Virus record (IMG/VR): IMGVR_UViG_3300021400_000048
Location: 56,791-120,790 of that record
Length of the DNA stretch: 64,000 nt
Origin: a virus
Taxonomy: Duplodnaviria > Heunggongvirae > Uroviricota > Caudoviricetes
Strand: one strand, 5' to 3'
Shown: positions 14,955 to 26,293 of the stretch, one piece after another
Position numbering within the stretch: the first letter of the stretch is position 1
Layout: each line of letters opens with the position of its first letter
Program-made: the position numbers and the translations under genes
Notes under the pieces: model-generated
Databases searched by the model: none
Seen by the model: the letters and a program-made list of their open reading frames with translations, nothing else
What the model was told of the DNA's origin: nothing

Positions 14955-17666
14955 TTAATTATTGTTATTATCTTGGTTTTCAAATGTTACATCGGAAATA
15001 ACACTAACAGGTGTTGAATCTACACTAGTTATAACAGCTGCTCCATCTTGAGTGCTTCCAACTTGCCCTGTTGCAACTGTTGTTGCCTGAGCATTAGCAA
15101 TTGGAACATCTACATCTTCAAAAGTATATTGTGTAATTGTATTTTCTGTTTGTTTTGCTGGTATAACAGTTGTAGTTGCATTAGCAATTGGTGTTAGTCT
15201 TAAGCTACATTTATTAGCATTATAAGATGCTTTATAAGCAGCATCATTATTACTAAAGCCTGTCATTACAGTAACTGGAATATCTACATCGGCATTACCA
15301 CATGATTTATTTACAGAATTACTTACATGTGATGCAGTTTCTGTACTATCACCGACACCCTTAACGGTAGTAGTAGTTAAATAATGTGTTTCTGGTGATA
15401 CTGCTTGAACAACACTTTCTTGTTCAGTATTTAATTCTGGTTTATTATTTAAATCATTATAATCGCCACTAAAAGAAGATGTACCAGCGCCAATATTAGT
15501 TCTGGCATTCGCTTTTTGAGTATCATTTAGATTTTGAGCATTTGTATCATATCTAATATATCTATCATTAGTTAAATCACTGTCACTTTCTGGAATTGGT
15601 GTACTATTAAAAGCATTATCACCTAAACCATGAACAGATACTTCTGTGCCATCAACTCTAATAGTTCCATCAGTATTTCCTTCAATAACTGATTGGACTG
15701 CACTATCTGCTAGTTCTAAGCTATCTTGCACGCTATCAGCTAAATCTGTTTTTGGAATTCCTTCAGCAGGCTTATTATACTTATTATTTCAGCCGGCTAA
15801 AGTATTTTCAGTAAGGCTATCTAATAGAGTTTTATTTTCATGGGTATGTCTTGCAGTTGTATTATTGTTTATATCTATTACTAAATTTGTATTAATTCCG
15901 CTATTAATTGCTGCTCATTGATCAGCAGTAAATGAACTGTTATTTAAAGTATATTCATAAGCTCAGCTATTATTACTATATTTATATCTATCAAATTTAG
16001 TTGTCTCTGTTGCTACAACAGGGTCTGGAAAACTTACATATGCATAGTCATTAAGCGTTGGATTACTTACTGCTATTGCTAAAGCTGTAGCTATTTGTGC
16101 TTCTGTAGCATCGATAGTTAAACCTAAATCAGTCACTACATTAAATGTTCCTTTAAAATTAGCAGTTGCTGTAGCAATAGAACTATTAACAAAGTCTTTA
16201 TCTGCTAATTGATTACTTGATGATGCTTGTTCAGGAATTAAGCCTTCAATGGCGTCTAAGCTATCTCCTAAAGAACTTAACTCTTGTTTTGTAGCATAAT
16301 TAGCTAAGTCACTAGAAGTTACAAAATTTGAGTCATTATTTAAATCAGAAGTTTTTGTTGGAATAGTAGGTTTATTAAGTAAATCATCATAGTCACCAGA
16401 AGTGGCAACATTCGCTAAATCATTACTCTCTACATAATCAGCTAAAATATTAGTTAGTTCACTCTCCGTAATATAGTCACTTGGCACTTCTTGTAATGCA
16501 GTAGCTCCTAGAGCAGCTCCACTTCTAATTGTATCTAAGTCAGAAATAGTATTTTGTTTAGCATTAAGCCCAGTACTAACTTCTTGTTTAGTAGCAAAGC
16601 CAGTTAAATCAGGCTTATTTATTAAGTCATCATAATCACCAGTTGTTGCAACTATAGCTAAATCTGCATCCTCTACGTAATCTTCTAATTCAGTAGCTAA
16701 TTCAAGTTCTGTAACATAATCATTTAAAACTGCAGGTTGTACAGCAGTAGCACCAGCTGCTGCACCACTTCTAATAGCATCTAAATCATCAATAGTGTCT
16801 TGCTTATTATTTAGTGCTTCATCTACATACTGTTCTGTAGCATAACCATCTAAAGCATTTGATGTTATAAAATCGCTATCATTTGTTAAATCTGATGTCT
16901 TAGTAGGTATCGTTGGCTTATTATCCAAATCATTATAGTCCCCACTTGTTGCTACAGTAGCAAGGTCTTCTATTATATTTAAATAATTATCGGTAAAGTC
17001 ATTAGTACTTAAACCTTTGCCATTAACTTTATCAACTTTATCATCTAAACCAGCATCAAGAGCTTCTTGTGTAACAAAACTGCTATCATTAAATAAATCT
17101 GAAATCTTTAATTGTTCATTACCTAATTCAACATGGCCATATTTGTCATATCCAACTTTTCTTGCAATAGGTACTTGAGCAGCATTATATTTTTTGCTGT
17201 GTTTAATAGAAATATTATTATCTGTGCTATTACCTGTTACTTCAATTGGATTGTTTTCTGCAGTATCAGCAATAATATCTACAATTGCATTATCTGCAAA
17301 TTCTGTGTTACCAGACTTAACTTTTTGGTTAGCTGAAACTGCATTAGAGCTAATGATTACTTTAGGCGAATCCTCAAGCTCTTTTTCTACTTCTAAAATA
17401 ATATTTTCACCGGCAACTAGTTCAACTTCATCATTTGCACCAAAAGTTATTTCTTCTTCATCTACGAGAACTTTAATTTTTTGGTTTGCAGCAGGATCTC
17501 TTTTATCAAGTTCTTCACGCAAGCCAGTAATTGCCTCTATTGGATGTTGGTCAGGTAAATTTCTATTAGCTAATCTATTATGGTCTTTCACACCATTAAT
17601 TTCACCAACTTTACCATGAATATTAGGATCTGATGAAATTTTTCCAATAATTTTGCTACTTGGCAT
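14955..17666 (-). CDS. tail fibre protein, 903 aa, three Phage_fiber_2 repeats (SGDYNDLDNKP / TGDYDDLINKP / SGDYDDLLNKP plus a fourth GDYNDLNNKP)
   Basis: ORFs 15963..17666 and 14955..15731 are in the same frame. Hand translation of 15732-15962 has no TAA/TAG, only TGA at 15963, 15915 and 15789. AAAGGAG RBS before 17666. Confidence 0.8.
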
Positions 17667-17680
17667 ATATTAGCTCCTTT

Positions 17681-18070
17681 CTAGTCACAAATAATAAATT
17701 TTGTTTTATCTACAACAGTTTCAACTCCTGTAACTCTTTCTCCTGTAGTTTCATCTTCATGATCGAATTTAAGCTTAATTGCATAGTAATATTTTCCTGG
17801 AAGTAAATCTACAGTATCCTCAGGATTAATACACATTTCAATTATATCAGAATCTGCAACATAATCTTCTACAGTAAATTTTTTCTTAAGTATAGCATCT
17901 TCAAATTTTTGATGTGGAAGCATTAAGCCAAAATATAATATATCATTATCTTCTAATCTATAGATTTCTCCTGGATTATCAGATACATTTAAATCTAAAT
18001 TAAAAGCATATGAATCACCACGATTTATTACAATTATATTTCCTGGAAATGAAATTACTGATGATGACAT
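17681..18070 (-). CDS. hypothetical 129-aa protein, first gene of the tail-fibre operon
   Basis: ORF track; AAGGAG RBS; class A motif at 18101-18118. Confidence 0.55.
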   Translation of the reverse strand: MSSSVISFPGNIIVINRGDSYAFNLDLNVSDNPGEIYRLEDNDILYFGLMLPHQKFEDAILKKKFTVEDYVADSDIIEMCINPEDTVDLLPGKYYYAIKLKFDHEDETTGERVTGVETVVDKTKFIICD

Positions 18071-18100
18071 AATTTATTCTCCTTATTTTTTAAGTATCTA

Positions 18101-18118
18101 AATAATTTAGCAATTATA
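18101..18118 (-). promoter_or_regulatory. class A promoter motif (coding strand ATTGCTAAATTATTTAG) before the tail-fibre operon
   Basis: Variant of the TATTTGCTAAATTAA consensus, about 35 nt before the ATG at 18070, just after terminator 18131-18160. Confidence 0.5.
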
Positions 18119-18130
18119 TTCAGCATAAAA

Positions 18131-18160
18131 AAAGAAAAGCAATTAAAACTTGCTTTTCTT
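18131..18160 (-). terminator. rho-independent terminator (AAGAAAAGCAA / TTGCTTTTCTT perfect 11-bp stem)
   Basis: Directly 3' of the gene ending at 18166. Confidence 0.6.
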
Positions 18161-18165
18161 AATAA

Positions 18166-18606
18166 ATTAAGCAACTACTAAAATATAAGCTTGTTTTTTA
18201 ATTTCAACTGGTAAATTTTGATCTTTATAAATTAATTTGATAAAGTAAACTAATTTATCGTCTGACTTATTTATATATAATTTGTCTAAAAAAGTAGGAT
18301 CTAAAATAAAGCTGATTCCAACTAGCTCTTGTTGTGAATTAATAACCGGCTCAAAAGTGATACCATCTTCAGGAAATTCATTTCAAGAAATTTCATCATT
18401 ATTTCTCTCAAAAGCACTAAATTCAAAATTAAGTTCATCATTATCTGTAATACAAAAATGTACTTCTGAAAGCTTATCAAAAAAATCAACAACATTTCAA
18501 CAAAACTCAGCATTATTAGCACTTTTACTAATTGTATAAGTAGGAATATAAAATTTATTACATGGGTAAATACCTAAAGTAGTTTTAATATTAACAATAT
18601 TTGCCA
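18166..18606 (-). CDS. hypothetical 146-aa protein (2 TGA-Trp)
   Basis: Hand translation from an ATG behind a GGAAGGT RBS: MANIVNIKTTLGIYP...; ends TAA just before the terminator hairpin at 18131-18160. Confidence 0.5.
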
Positions 18607-18619
18607 TAACAATACCTTC

Positions 18620-19075
18620 CTATTTAATTTCTAATATTCCATCAGATTCTGAAAATAATATATATTCATTTCCATCAATAGTACAACTTAATTGCATTCT
18701 ATATACATCTTGTAATAAAGTATTATTTTCTGCTGGAATATAAATTTCTAATTCATTAAAGTTGTCAGAAAGTCTAAATAAAGCATTTGTTTCATTAAAA
18801 ATCAGTGGCTCATGCAAAACATTTACAATACTAAATTTAAAATCCATTAAATAACTACTGATATCAATATCACCGTCAATATCACCATCAAAATAAAAAT
18901 ATAATCTAATAGGATTACCCTTTTTTGTTGAAACACCGACAAACTCTCCTTTAATATTATAAATTATTTGCATATCAGCATTTCCTTTTATATTATTTTT
19001 GATTAAATCATCTTGTTTATCTTGACTTTTTTTATTAATATGATGCTCATAATTATAAAACATATCGCTTGCCAT
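18620..19075 (-). CDS. hypothetical 151-aa protein
   Basis: ORF track; AAGGAG RBS; class A motif 19108-19125 upstream. Confidence 0.55.
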   Translation of the reverse strand: MASDMFYNYEHHINKKSQDKQDDLIKNNIKGNADMQIIYNIKGEFVGVSTKKGNPIRLYFYFDGDIDGDIDISSYLMDFKFSIVNVLHEPLIFNETNALFRLSDNFNELEIYIPAENNTLLQDVYRMQLSCTIDGNEYILFSESDGILEIK

Positions 19076-19107
19076 AATAGAGTCTCCTTAAGAATTTTTT
19101 ATTCTCG

Positions 19108-19125
19108 TTTAATTTAGCAAATATT
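19108..19125 (-). promoter_or_regulatory. class A motif TATTTGCTAAATTAAACG
   Basis: Reads as an extended -10 (TG-C-TAAATT); about 35 nt before the ATG at 19075; follows terminator 19141-19162. Confidence 0.55.
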
Positions 19126-19140
19126 TAGTATAAAAATAAA

Positions 19141-19162
19141 AGCTATAAATTAAATTATAGCT
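19141..19162 (-). terminator. hairpin AGCTATAA..TTATAGCT followed by TTTTATTTTTAT
   Basis: 3' of the gene ending at 19181. Confidence 0.5.
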
Positions 19163-19180
19163 TTATTGTATTAAATATAA

Positions 19181-19501
19181 TTAGTTAACATTAACTTTCT
19201 TTGATCATTTACACATTTCTGAAATATAGTCAATTAATTTCTTAATAACTTTTTCATCAAACTTAATTCCAGCAGCAGTCATAGCAGTTTTAATTCCTTC
19301 AAGTGCCATATTTAATTTGTCTTCACTTGTCATTTCATGATGTGCTTTAGCAAATTCTTCAACATCTGCCATTACAGCTTTTGCAATTTCAGTAATAGCT
19401 TTCCAATTCTTGTCTTTAATTGATTTTACAATTAACATTACAAATGCAACAACTGCAGAAACTGCAGAAACTAATTCAGGTATAAATTTTACAAATTCCA
19501 T
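19181..19501 (-). CDS. small protein with an N-terminal TM helix, 106 aa (holin-like topology; function unknown)
   Basis: ORF 19205..19501 ends in TGA and extends 8 codons to a TAA at 19181; followed by a hairpin + T-run. Confidence 0.5.
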
Positions 19502-19509
19502 TCAGTCCA

Positions 19510-20055
19510 TTAATTTTCTCCTTTACTCTTATTTTTTGCTGATTTTTTTGAGACTAGATGTACATCTATTTCTTTAATTTCTTCTTTAACTGGAAGATTA
19601 TCAAATCTATTCATAATATCTTCTACAAAAGAATTACCATCCAGAGCTACATATGCTTCATATAGATCATGAATATTTTGATAGTCGTAATCATTACGAT
19701 ATCCCTTTTCTCGACATCTATAATAACAAGTTAAGATATCATTTCTCAGCGTAGCCAATGTACCTTCTGCAGTAGCTGCTAATTTTTTATCTAATCCATC
19801 TATTTTTTCAGTTAATGGCTTAATAGCTTCTTGAATAGTGTTATTTAATGTTTCTGTTAGTTTTTCATCAGCTTCTTGTTTTTTATAGTCTGCAAGCTCT
19901 TTTTCAGCGTCTTCTTTTTGTTTTCGTTCTTTATCAGCTTTATCAAAATATTTTGTCATTCAGCGCTTTAATAAAAAAGCAATGCAAGTAGTTAAAATGC
20001 AGCTCACAATAATTGGAACTGCCCAAGCTCAAAATTGCGCTCAAGTAAAAATCAT
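19510..20055 (-). CDS. membrane-anchored coiled-coil protein, 181 aa (4 TGA-Trp in the first 33 codons)
   Basis: GGGAG RBS then ATGATTTTTACTTGAGCGCAATTTTGAGCTTGG...CGCTGAATGACA, in frame with ORF 19510..19959; N-terminus MIFTWAQFWAWAVPIIVSCILTTCIAFLLKRW. Confidence 0.6.
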
Positions 20056-20114
20056 AATAAACTCCCTCTGATCTTATAAGATCATCCGATAAATAATAAA
20101 TTGCTATTTCTTAT

Positions 20115-20132
20115 CAATTAATTTAGCAAAAA
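20115..20132 (-). promoter_or_regulatory. class A motif TTTTTGCTAAATTAATTG
   Basis: About 60 nt before the ATG at 20055; AT-rich UP-like tract upstream. Confidence 0.55.
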
Positions 20133-20192
20133 TAAACTATTAATTTATTATTTTTATTTTATAATAGACTAATAAAAAATAGGTAGCTAATG

Positions 20193-20735
20193 CTATCTAT
20201 TTTTATTTATTTTTTGTTCATTAATATATTGAATTGCATATAGACCACACTGTGATGCTGCATCTTCAGCTCAGTATTGATCATAAGGTAGTGTTTTTAT
20301 TCCTTTTCTTTCTTTTATTTCTAATACTCAGTATCTTACCGCCGAATGAATTGCAATAGTAAAGAGATAAAGAGGTCCTAACCATAATTGACTAATTGTA
20401 TGTCCAAATTCATGGCTATCTAAATAGCTTTCAGAGGACTTTTGATCTCTTACATACATTAAGCCCATTTCAAAGCCGCCTCAGTATTCTGGTCCTGCTT
20501 TAATACCATAAATTCAACCATATTTTTTAAAGTGAATACTATCTTTGAAAAATAATTTTACATAAAATAATATTACAGTTATTAATAAGCCAATTACTGT
20601 TTGCAAAATTCCTCATGTACAAGCTAATAAATAATATAATCATCTATGCTTAACTAAAAATTTTGTTCAACCTGCACAAATATTAAATAAAAAGTTTCCA
20701 AGTTTTCCATGGTCATACTGTCTTTTGATTTCCAT
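20193..20735 (-). CDS. polytopic small membrane protein, 180 aa, with an HEFGH (HExxH) motif; 8 TGA-Trp
   Basis: Hand translation from an ATG behind a TAAGGAGC RBS; stop TAG at 20193-20195. Confidence 0.45.
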
Positions 20736-20748
20736 AATAAGCTCCTTA

Positions 20749-21519
20749 TTACTTTATTATTTTTTTTATTGCATCTATAATGGCATTTGAAAGATTAATA
20801 ACTGGCACAACTTTTTGTATAGACTGTGGTGGGGAATTGGTAGATTTGTCCTCAACCGAAGTGTCATGTCAAGGATATTGTTCAAGTAGACCTTGTAATG
20901 AAGTCTGTGGATTAATATTATTTTTTCATCGACTGGCCAATGTTATACTTAATAGCTTATTATTTGAATTATTTGTACCTCATATATTACAAGAAATATT
21001 ATAACTTAGTAAGCTAGTTTGGCTACTAACAGGTGATAAAGTAAGCAGATCTCAACTAATATCTGCTGATTTAATTTTATACGCGTCATTAGCTATTGTA
21101 AATTTTAAATAAATAAATTTTTTTTCTAAATACTGTGACATTAATAAAGCAGCAATTAAATTAGCTTTTATTATATTTAGAACATCTTTAATAGGTACCC
21201 CAATTTGATTGTTTGCAGACAATCAGTCTAGCAAAACGACCATGATATTAATATCAATATCTTGATAGTCTGATACGTCTAATAAATTAGGCTTATAACT
21301 TTTAATTATTTCAGCAAAAGACTTTTTAGTAGCAACTATATTATTGTTTTTATCTGATAGCCCAACTACAAATCTTTGATCATTAATTAAGTACTTAATA
21401 TCAGAATCTTTACTTCATACAGCGGTAAAAAATATGCCTATATAATTATTGTCTTTAATTTCCCTTCAAGACATATCTTTTAATTGGTCTATCGTTAAAT
21501 TTGTAAAAGTCTTAGCCAT
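20749..21519 (-). CDS. hypothetical 256-aa protein, 7 TGA-Trp
   Basis: Hand translation from an ATG behind a GGAG RBS; class A motif 21555-21571 upstream; stop TAA at 20749. Confidence 0.5.
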
Positions 21520-21554
21520 ATCAGTTCTCCAATAAATATTATTTAATCAATCAA

Positions 21555-21571
21555 ATAATTTAGCAAATAAA
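21555..21571 (-). promoter_or_regulatory. class A motif TTATTTGCTAAATTATTTG
   Basis: About 35 nt before the ATG at 21519; preceded by hairpin 21575-21600. Confidence 0.55.
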
Positions 21572-21700
21572 AAAAGATGCTAATTATTTTTTAGCACCTT
21601 TAAAATTTAGCTTTTTTTAGTTTTATTCTCTTCTACTAATACTTTATTAACTTTAAATAGAAAATGCGATATATGTCAAATTTTAAGCCTTATTTGACAA

Positions 21701-21715
21701 AATAATTTAGCTGCT
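21701..21715 (-). promoter_or_regulatory. class A variant (CAGCTAAATTATTTTG) next to palindrome 21668-21693
   Basis: Motif copy plus a further AAGCTAAATTTT copy at about 21595. Confidence 0.35.
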
Positions 21716-21720
21716 TAAAT

Positions 21721-21954
21721 TTATTTTGCTCTATTTAAAATTGTAATTTCATCTACATAAAATATATTAGCACCTATATCAGTAGCAGTCAGATGACCTT
21801 CTACTAATACTATATCATCTTCAAAAATTGCAGTAAAGTTAGATAAATAGCAATGGACATCTGTGCCCTTCTTTTTCTTATTATCTTTAATATTAACCGT
21901 AAACCATTGACCATCCGCCCAAGTAACAGTACCTTTAATAATTACTTTATTCAT
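21721..21954 (-). CDS. hypothetical 77-aa protein (TGG-only)
   Basis: ORF track; real TAA stop. Confidence 0.5.
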   Translation of the reverse strand: MNKVIIKGTVTWADGQWFTVNIKDNKKKKGTDVHCYLSNFTAIFEDDIVLVEGHLTATDIGANIFYVDEITILNRAK

Positions 21955-22204
21955 CTACCACCTCATAATTTTTGCTTATAGCTACAATATTAAATAAATC
22001 AACATATTTTTCTACAGGAATACTTTTATCTACTTTAGCACTATAACATTCTGGAATTGTATTAAATACCTCATATCTATCACTACCAAGCTTTAATAAT
22101 TGTGCACAATAATCTGGAATACTGCTAAATGCCTCCCAAATACCAAGCATAACTTTTAAATCAGTTTTTGTTAAGTATACTTTTCTATCTTTTAATTTAA
22201 TCAT
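21947..22204 (-). CDS. hypothetical 85-aa protein
   Basis: ORF track; overlaps neighbours by a few nt (coupled). Confidence 0.5.
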   Translation of the reverse strand: MIKLKDRKVYLTKTDLKVMLGIWEAFSSIPDYCAQLLKLGSDRYEVFNTIPECYSAKVDKSIPVEKYVDLFNIVAISKNYEVVDE

Positions 22205-22206
22205 AG

Positions 22207-22890
22207 TTATTCCTCCGAAAATAAATTATATGGTTTTGGTTTATCATCAACTTCTTCTTTTGGAGCAATCCATTTTATAGTTGGAAAGCCGTTATAAGTT
22301 GTATCAAAAATAAACCAACAATAACAAGCAGCAGAACCAATTTTTTTCTTATTTCCATCTTTATCAAGCTTAAATGTCCCATCTTCATTTTTTTGATAAC
22401 GTTCATCATTTTTATAGCAAGCAACACGTTTCGAGTATACATATACTGTTTTAAGCTTCATCTGTCTATAAATTTTTTCAAGTCGCTCTTGTCCCTCTAA
22501 AAATTGTATCTTTAAAAACATAGCCATTTTTCTACCAGGCCTTAAAACTTTTAGAGCATGCTCTACAATTTCTGTCTGACAGGTATATGGTGGATTAGTA
22601 ATAAGATCACAATCAATATCTTTATATGTAAAGAAATCAATACCAGACTTTCCATAACCATGATCATACAAATCAGTTGAAACAACTGTTTTTCCATATT
22701 CTTCCATTTTCTTTGAAAGATTCCCAGAACCACAGCAAGGCTCTAAAATTGTATCACTAAATTCTTCTACAGCAAATAAATCATCAATACAATCAGGATC
22801 AGTAGAATAAAAATCTGTTACCTCACGCTCTTCTTCACAGTGATTTGATGCACCAAGCATGCGAAATAAATCTTTAGTTGTACGTGGCAT
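22207..22890 (-). CDS. orphan DNA N6-adenine / N4-cytosine methyltransferase (motif I EPCCGSGNL, motif IV NPPY)
   Basis: LITNPPY and ExxxGxGxL motifs in the 227-aa ORF; no adjacent restriction gene. Confidence 0.7.
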   Translation of the reverse strand: MPRTTKDLFRMLGASNHCEEEREVTDFYSTDPDCIDDLFAVEEFSDTILEPCCGSGNLSKKMEEYGKTVVSTDLYDHGYGKSGIDFFTYKDIDCDLITNPPYTCQTEIVEHALKVLRPGRKMAMFLKIQFLEGQERLEKIYRQMKLKTVYVYSKRVACYKNDERYQKNEDGTFKLDKDGNKKKIGSAACYCWFIFDTTYNGFPTIKWIAPKEEVDDKPKPYNLFSEE

Positions 22891-22892
22891 AA

Positions 22893-23315
22893 TTACTCCT
22901 TATAATTTTTCTCAAATTCTTTTTCGAGTCTTACAAAATCTTGATCTGGATAAGCATCATAATAAGCTTGTCTATTAGGATAGTATTCTACCGTCTTTTG
23001 TGTATATTTAGCTTCATTATACATTATAAAATTGTCAAACAACAAATATGGATACTTATAATCATATTCTGTTTCTGAATAATAAGTATCTACTTGCCCA
23101 TTTTTCAGTTTTTTTTCAGTTATATGCCTAAAGTAGTAGTTATCATCTCTATCTTTAAATAATTGATATATTTCTGGAACATAAGTTAATTTAACTGGCC
23201 TACCTTTTGCAATACTTTTACTAAAATATTTCCAGACAGTCATTCTAATAATTTTATCACCAACTTTTAAGCCTAGAGCTTCAATTAATAAATTATAAAC
23301 TTTTTCTGCCTTCAT
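22893..23315 (-). CDS. hypothetical 140-aa protein, first gene behind class B promoter 23331-23350
   Basis: ORF track; RBS AGAGG. Confidence 0.5.
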   Translation of the reverse strand: MKAEKVYNLLIEALGLKVGDKIIRMTVWKYFSKSIAKGRPVKLTYVPEIYQLFKDRDDNYYFRHITEKKLKNGQVDTYYSETEYDYKYPYLLFDNFIMYNEAKYTQKTVEYYPNRQAYYDAYPDQDFVRLEKEFEKNYKE

Positions 23316-23330
23316 ATATAAATAACCTCT

Positions 23331-23350
23331 ATATTATTATACAATATTTT
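23331..23350 (-). promoter_or_regulatory. class B promoter (TTG-TATAAT; coding strand AAAAAATATTGTATAATAATAT)
   Basis: Near-consensus -10 about 20 nt before the ATG at 23315; follows terminator 23369-23394. Confidence 0.6.
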
Positions 23351-23368
23351 TTATATAAATAATTAAAA

Positions 23369-23394
23369 AAAGATAACTATTATTTTAGTTATCT
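23369..23394 (-). terminator. hairpin AAGATAACTA/TAGTTATCTT + T7
   Basis: 3' of the gene ending at 23413. Confidence 0.6.
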
Positions 23395-23412
23395 TTAGCT
23401 TCTTTATTTTAT

Positions 23413-24738
23413 TTAATTTTTAGCAAATTTAAAATTAACTGATTTTGCTTTCAAAACTGCATATATAGCATCTTTTAGCTTTTCATTAATACCGTCATTA
23501 TTTTTAGTCTTATCTATTGCTGGGTCAAATTCTGAAATTAGCTTTCCATTTTCATCATAAGCTACTCAATAAAATTCGCCTAAAATTGGCTCAAGTTCCC
23601 TAAAAGCACTAAATATTTCCATATCATAAGCAGCTCCTGCATTGCCATCATAGTCATTATCTGCTCAACTGTTAGCCTCTGAAGATATACGTTTTGTAAA
23701 TTTTGCTAATAGTTTTTTAAACAAGTCATTTATTTTTACTAATTGCTCATCAGTAAAATACTTGCCTGAATGCTTAATTAAAGTGATCAAATTATTTTTT
23801 GCGTCATCTTTTTCTTTTTCTTTTTGCAGCTTAGCTTTTATGCGTACTTCTTCTTTCTCATAATAAGGTAATGATTTTTGAACAAAAGATAAAATTCTTG
23901 CTAAGACATATTCCTTTAATTGCTTATTATCTATTTTAGCTTCAAATTTTTCTAATTCATTTATTTCATAGCCTGTACCAGTAATATGAAAGCTTTCATT
24001 CAAAAAAACTGGTCGTAGATCATTGCCCTTCGAATTTCCACTATCATCTAATGTATAGAATTCAACATATCAGCTATTAAATATAAATGAAGATTTTCAG
24101 ACAGTATCTGAGTATCATTCACTTTTATATTTTCATAAAGATAAGTCTGCTAAATTAAAATCTGTTCCTTTATTTCTATAGCTCTGCTTATCTGTAGTAA
24201 CACAAAAGGTTGCTAATTTTGCTAATTTAATAACATCTTTATTTTTAACAGCTTCTTGAGCTGCTTCAAAACATTGTGCTTCAATCTCGCTATCTTTAGC
24301 AATTATACGATCAAGAATTTCTTTAGCAATTGCTTTATTTTTTGCTTGTTCTTCCTCGCGTGCCTTTCTTTCAATTTCAGCACGTTTCTTTCTTTCCTCT
24401 TCCGCTTGTTTTTGTTTTTCTTTTTCTTCTGCATCAATATCTTTTGCATTATCTTTAAACTGAAGCACTCAAAGCTTTATTAAAGCTTTTCCAAAATAAT
24501 CGTCTGGATGTTGTTCACAATACTCTTTAATTTTGCCATATGTACCTTTGTTTTTTAGCTTATGCGTAAAAGTCTCAAATATGTTTGATAAACCATTTTC
24601 TTTAATTTCTTTAAAAAAGGTCTCATAAAAGTGTTTATAGCTAATTTCATTATTTTTTGCCATATCTCAAAATATTTTAGTCGCTAATCAACGATCACGC
24701 ACAACTTCAGTTAAATATTTTTTATTTAAATTAGTCAT
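23413..24738 (-). CDS. hypothetical 441-aa protein with a K/E-rich central region; 8 TGA-Trp, 0 TGG
   Basis: ORFs 24469..24663, 24133..24468 and 23665..24003 are in one frame. Hand translation bridges all gaps through TGA only. Start ATG at 24736-24738 behind AGGAGG; stop TAA at 23413. Confidence 0.65.
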
Positions 24739-24748
24739 ATAGCGCCTC

Positions 24749-25489
24749 CTAAATTAAATTAATAGCTGCTTCTAATGCACGTTTTAACTCTTTTACTAAG
24801 TCATCAATACTAAAAATTTTAACAAATAAATTTATTTTATTTCCTGTATTGTTTTCATAATAAGCAGCTTTTACTTTTAAGTCAATTTTTGGTAAATTAT
24901 ATTTAATAAAGTCTAAATCTGAGACTAATTGTTTAGAACAGTCTAAGTCAAATAAGTCATTATCTTCTGCAGTAATTTGTACATCAATAAAGCCATCATA
25001 AAGTTTATTAGTACTATTATCTAAAAGAGTATAGTTAATATTAATAACATCATCAATATCTTTATTATTAGTATTAATTTCTGGGTAATGCTCAAAAAAT
25101 TTTACAGAAAAAGTATAATCATTTCCTCTAGCATTGAATACTCATAAATGTTCTAATAATTTATCTATCATGATAAATTTACTAAGTATCGCACAAGCAT
25201 ATCTTATTAAATCACGCACAGTAATATTTTTCGCATTATTTACAAAATAAGTGTATTTTTTGTCATATAATTTTCTAATAATATTTCTAATAACAAATTC
25301 AGTATTTAGATCAAAAATATAATCATCACGGCGATTAATTCTACTATTAGTCCCAACAATTCATCTTTTTAAAATTTTTTTATTAATTAATTCTTGAACA
25401 AGTTTATCTTTATATATTAATTCAAAAGCTTCTTTATAAACTTGCATATCATCTGACATCTCTTGTCAAGTTGTATTTAAAGTTACCAT
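24749..25489 (-). CDS. hypothetical 246-aa protein (TGA-Trp)
   Basis: AAGAGGAAACGAATAA-ATG start; stop TAG overlapping the AGGAGG of the next gene. Confidence 0.5.
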
Positions 25490-25500
25490 TTATTCGTTTC

Positions 25501-26262
25501 CTCTTAATCTAATAAGTCTTCAATAGCCATCTTAATTATCGCTGGTAAATGTTTAATATCTGTAGTAGAAGATATATGACTATTACTATTATTAGCATTT
25601 TCAATATAAACTTCTATTGTTGTATTTTTTATTAAATCTTCTAATGTAGCAGTTTTTATATTTTTTATATTAATATGGTGTTGGTGTGCTCATCAATTAC
25701 AAATTATTATTTCAAATATGCCATTTTTTGAAGTAAGACTAGTGTTAGCAATATTTTTATTTATACCAGTAATATAGCTATATTTAACAATACTTGGTTT
25801 TATACTAACTGGAGCCTCTGAAAAAATATCACAAGTTAGCCCATAAAAAGTTATTCTTTTATATTGTCATTTACCATTAATATAGTCTAAGTTAGAAAAA
25901 ACTTGTACAATTGATTCAGCAATTAAAAAAGCAACAGCTATATTTGCTTTGATATATTTTATAGCATCTAAAATAGTGACTGTATCATCTAATCTTCCTT
26001 CATTACCTGAGTATGCATAATTTAATAGAGTTATCATTAAAGTCTTATCAGAAAAAGCACCCATAGAATTTGAACACAAAGTCTTAAAACTGCTATATTG
26101 ATAAGTTCATGCTTGATAGTCTATAACAAAATTATACTTATAAATTAATTGTTGCAGGCCAGTATCTTGTTTTCATACCAAATTAAATAGCTCATCTACA
26201 TAATCCTTTGCCAATATTCCTGGCCAAGACATGACTTCAAGTTGTTGTTTTGTTACTGCCAT
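25501..26262 (-). CDS. hypothetical 253-aa protein (6 TGA-Trp), first gene behind class A motif 26294-26309
   Basis: ORF 25867..26079 extended both ways by hand; start MAVTKQQLEVMSWPG behind a GGAG RBS. Confidence 0.5.
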
Positions 26263-26293
26263 AACTAGTCTCCAGTAAATTTTTAATAATCAT

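Noticed and set aside
18322-18522. ORF 18322..18522 (-) and 51899..52141 (-)
   Set aside because: They are off-frame overlaps of the real genes 18166..18606 and 51756..52673.
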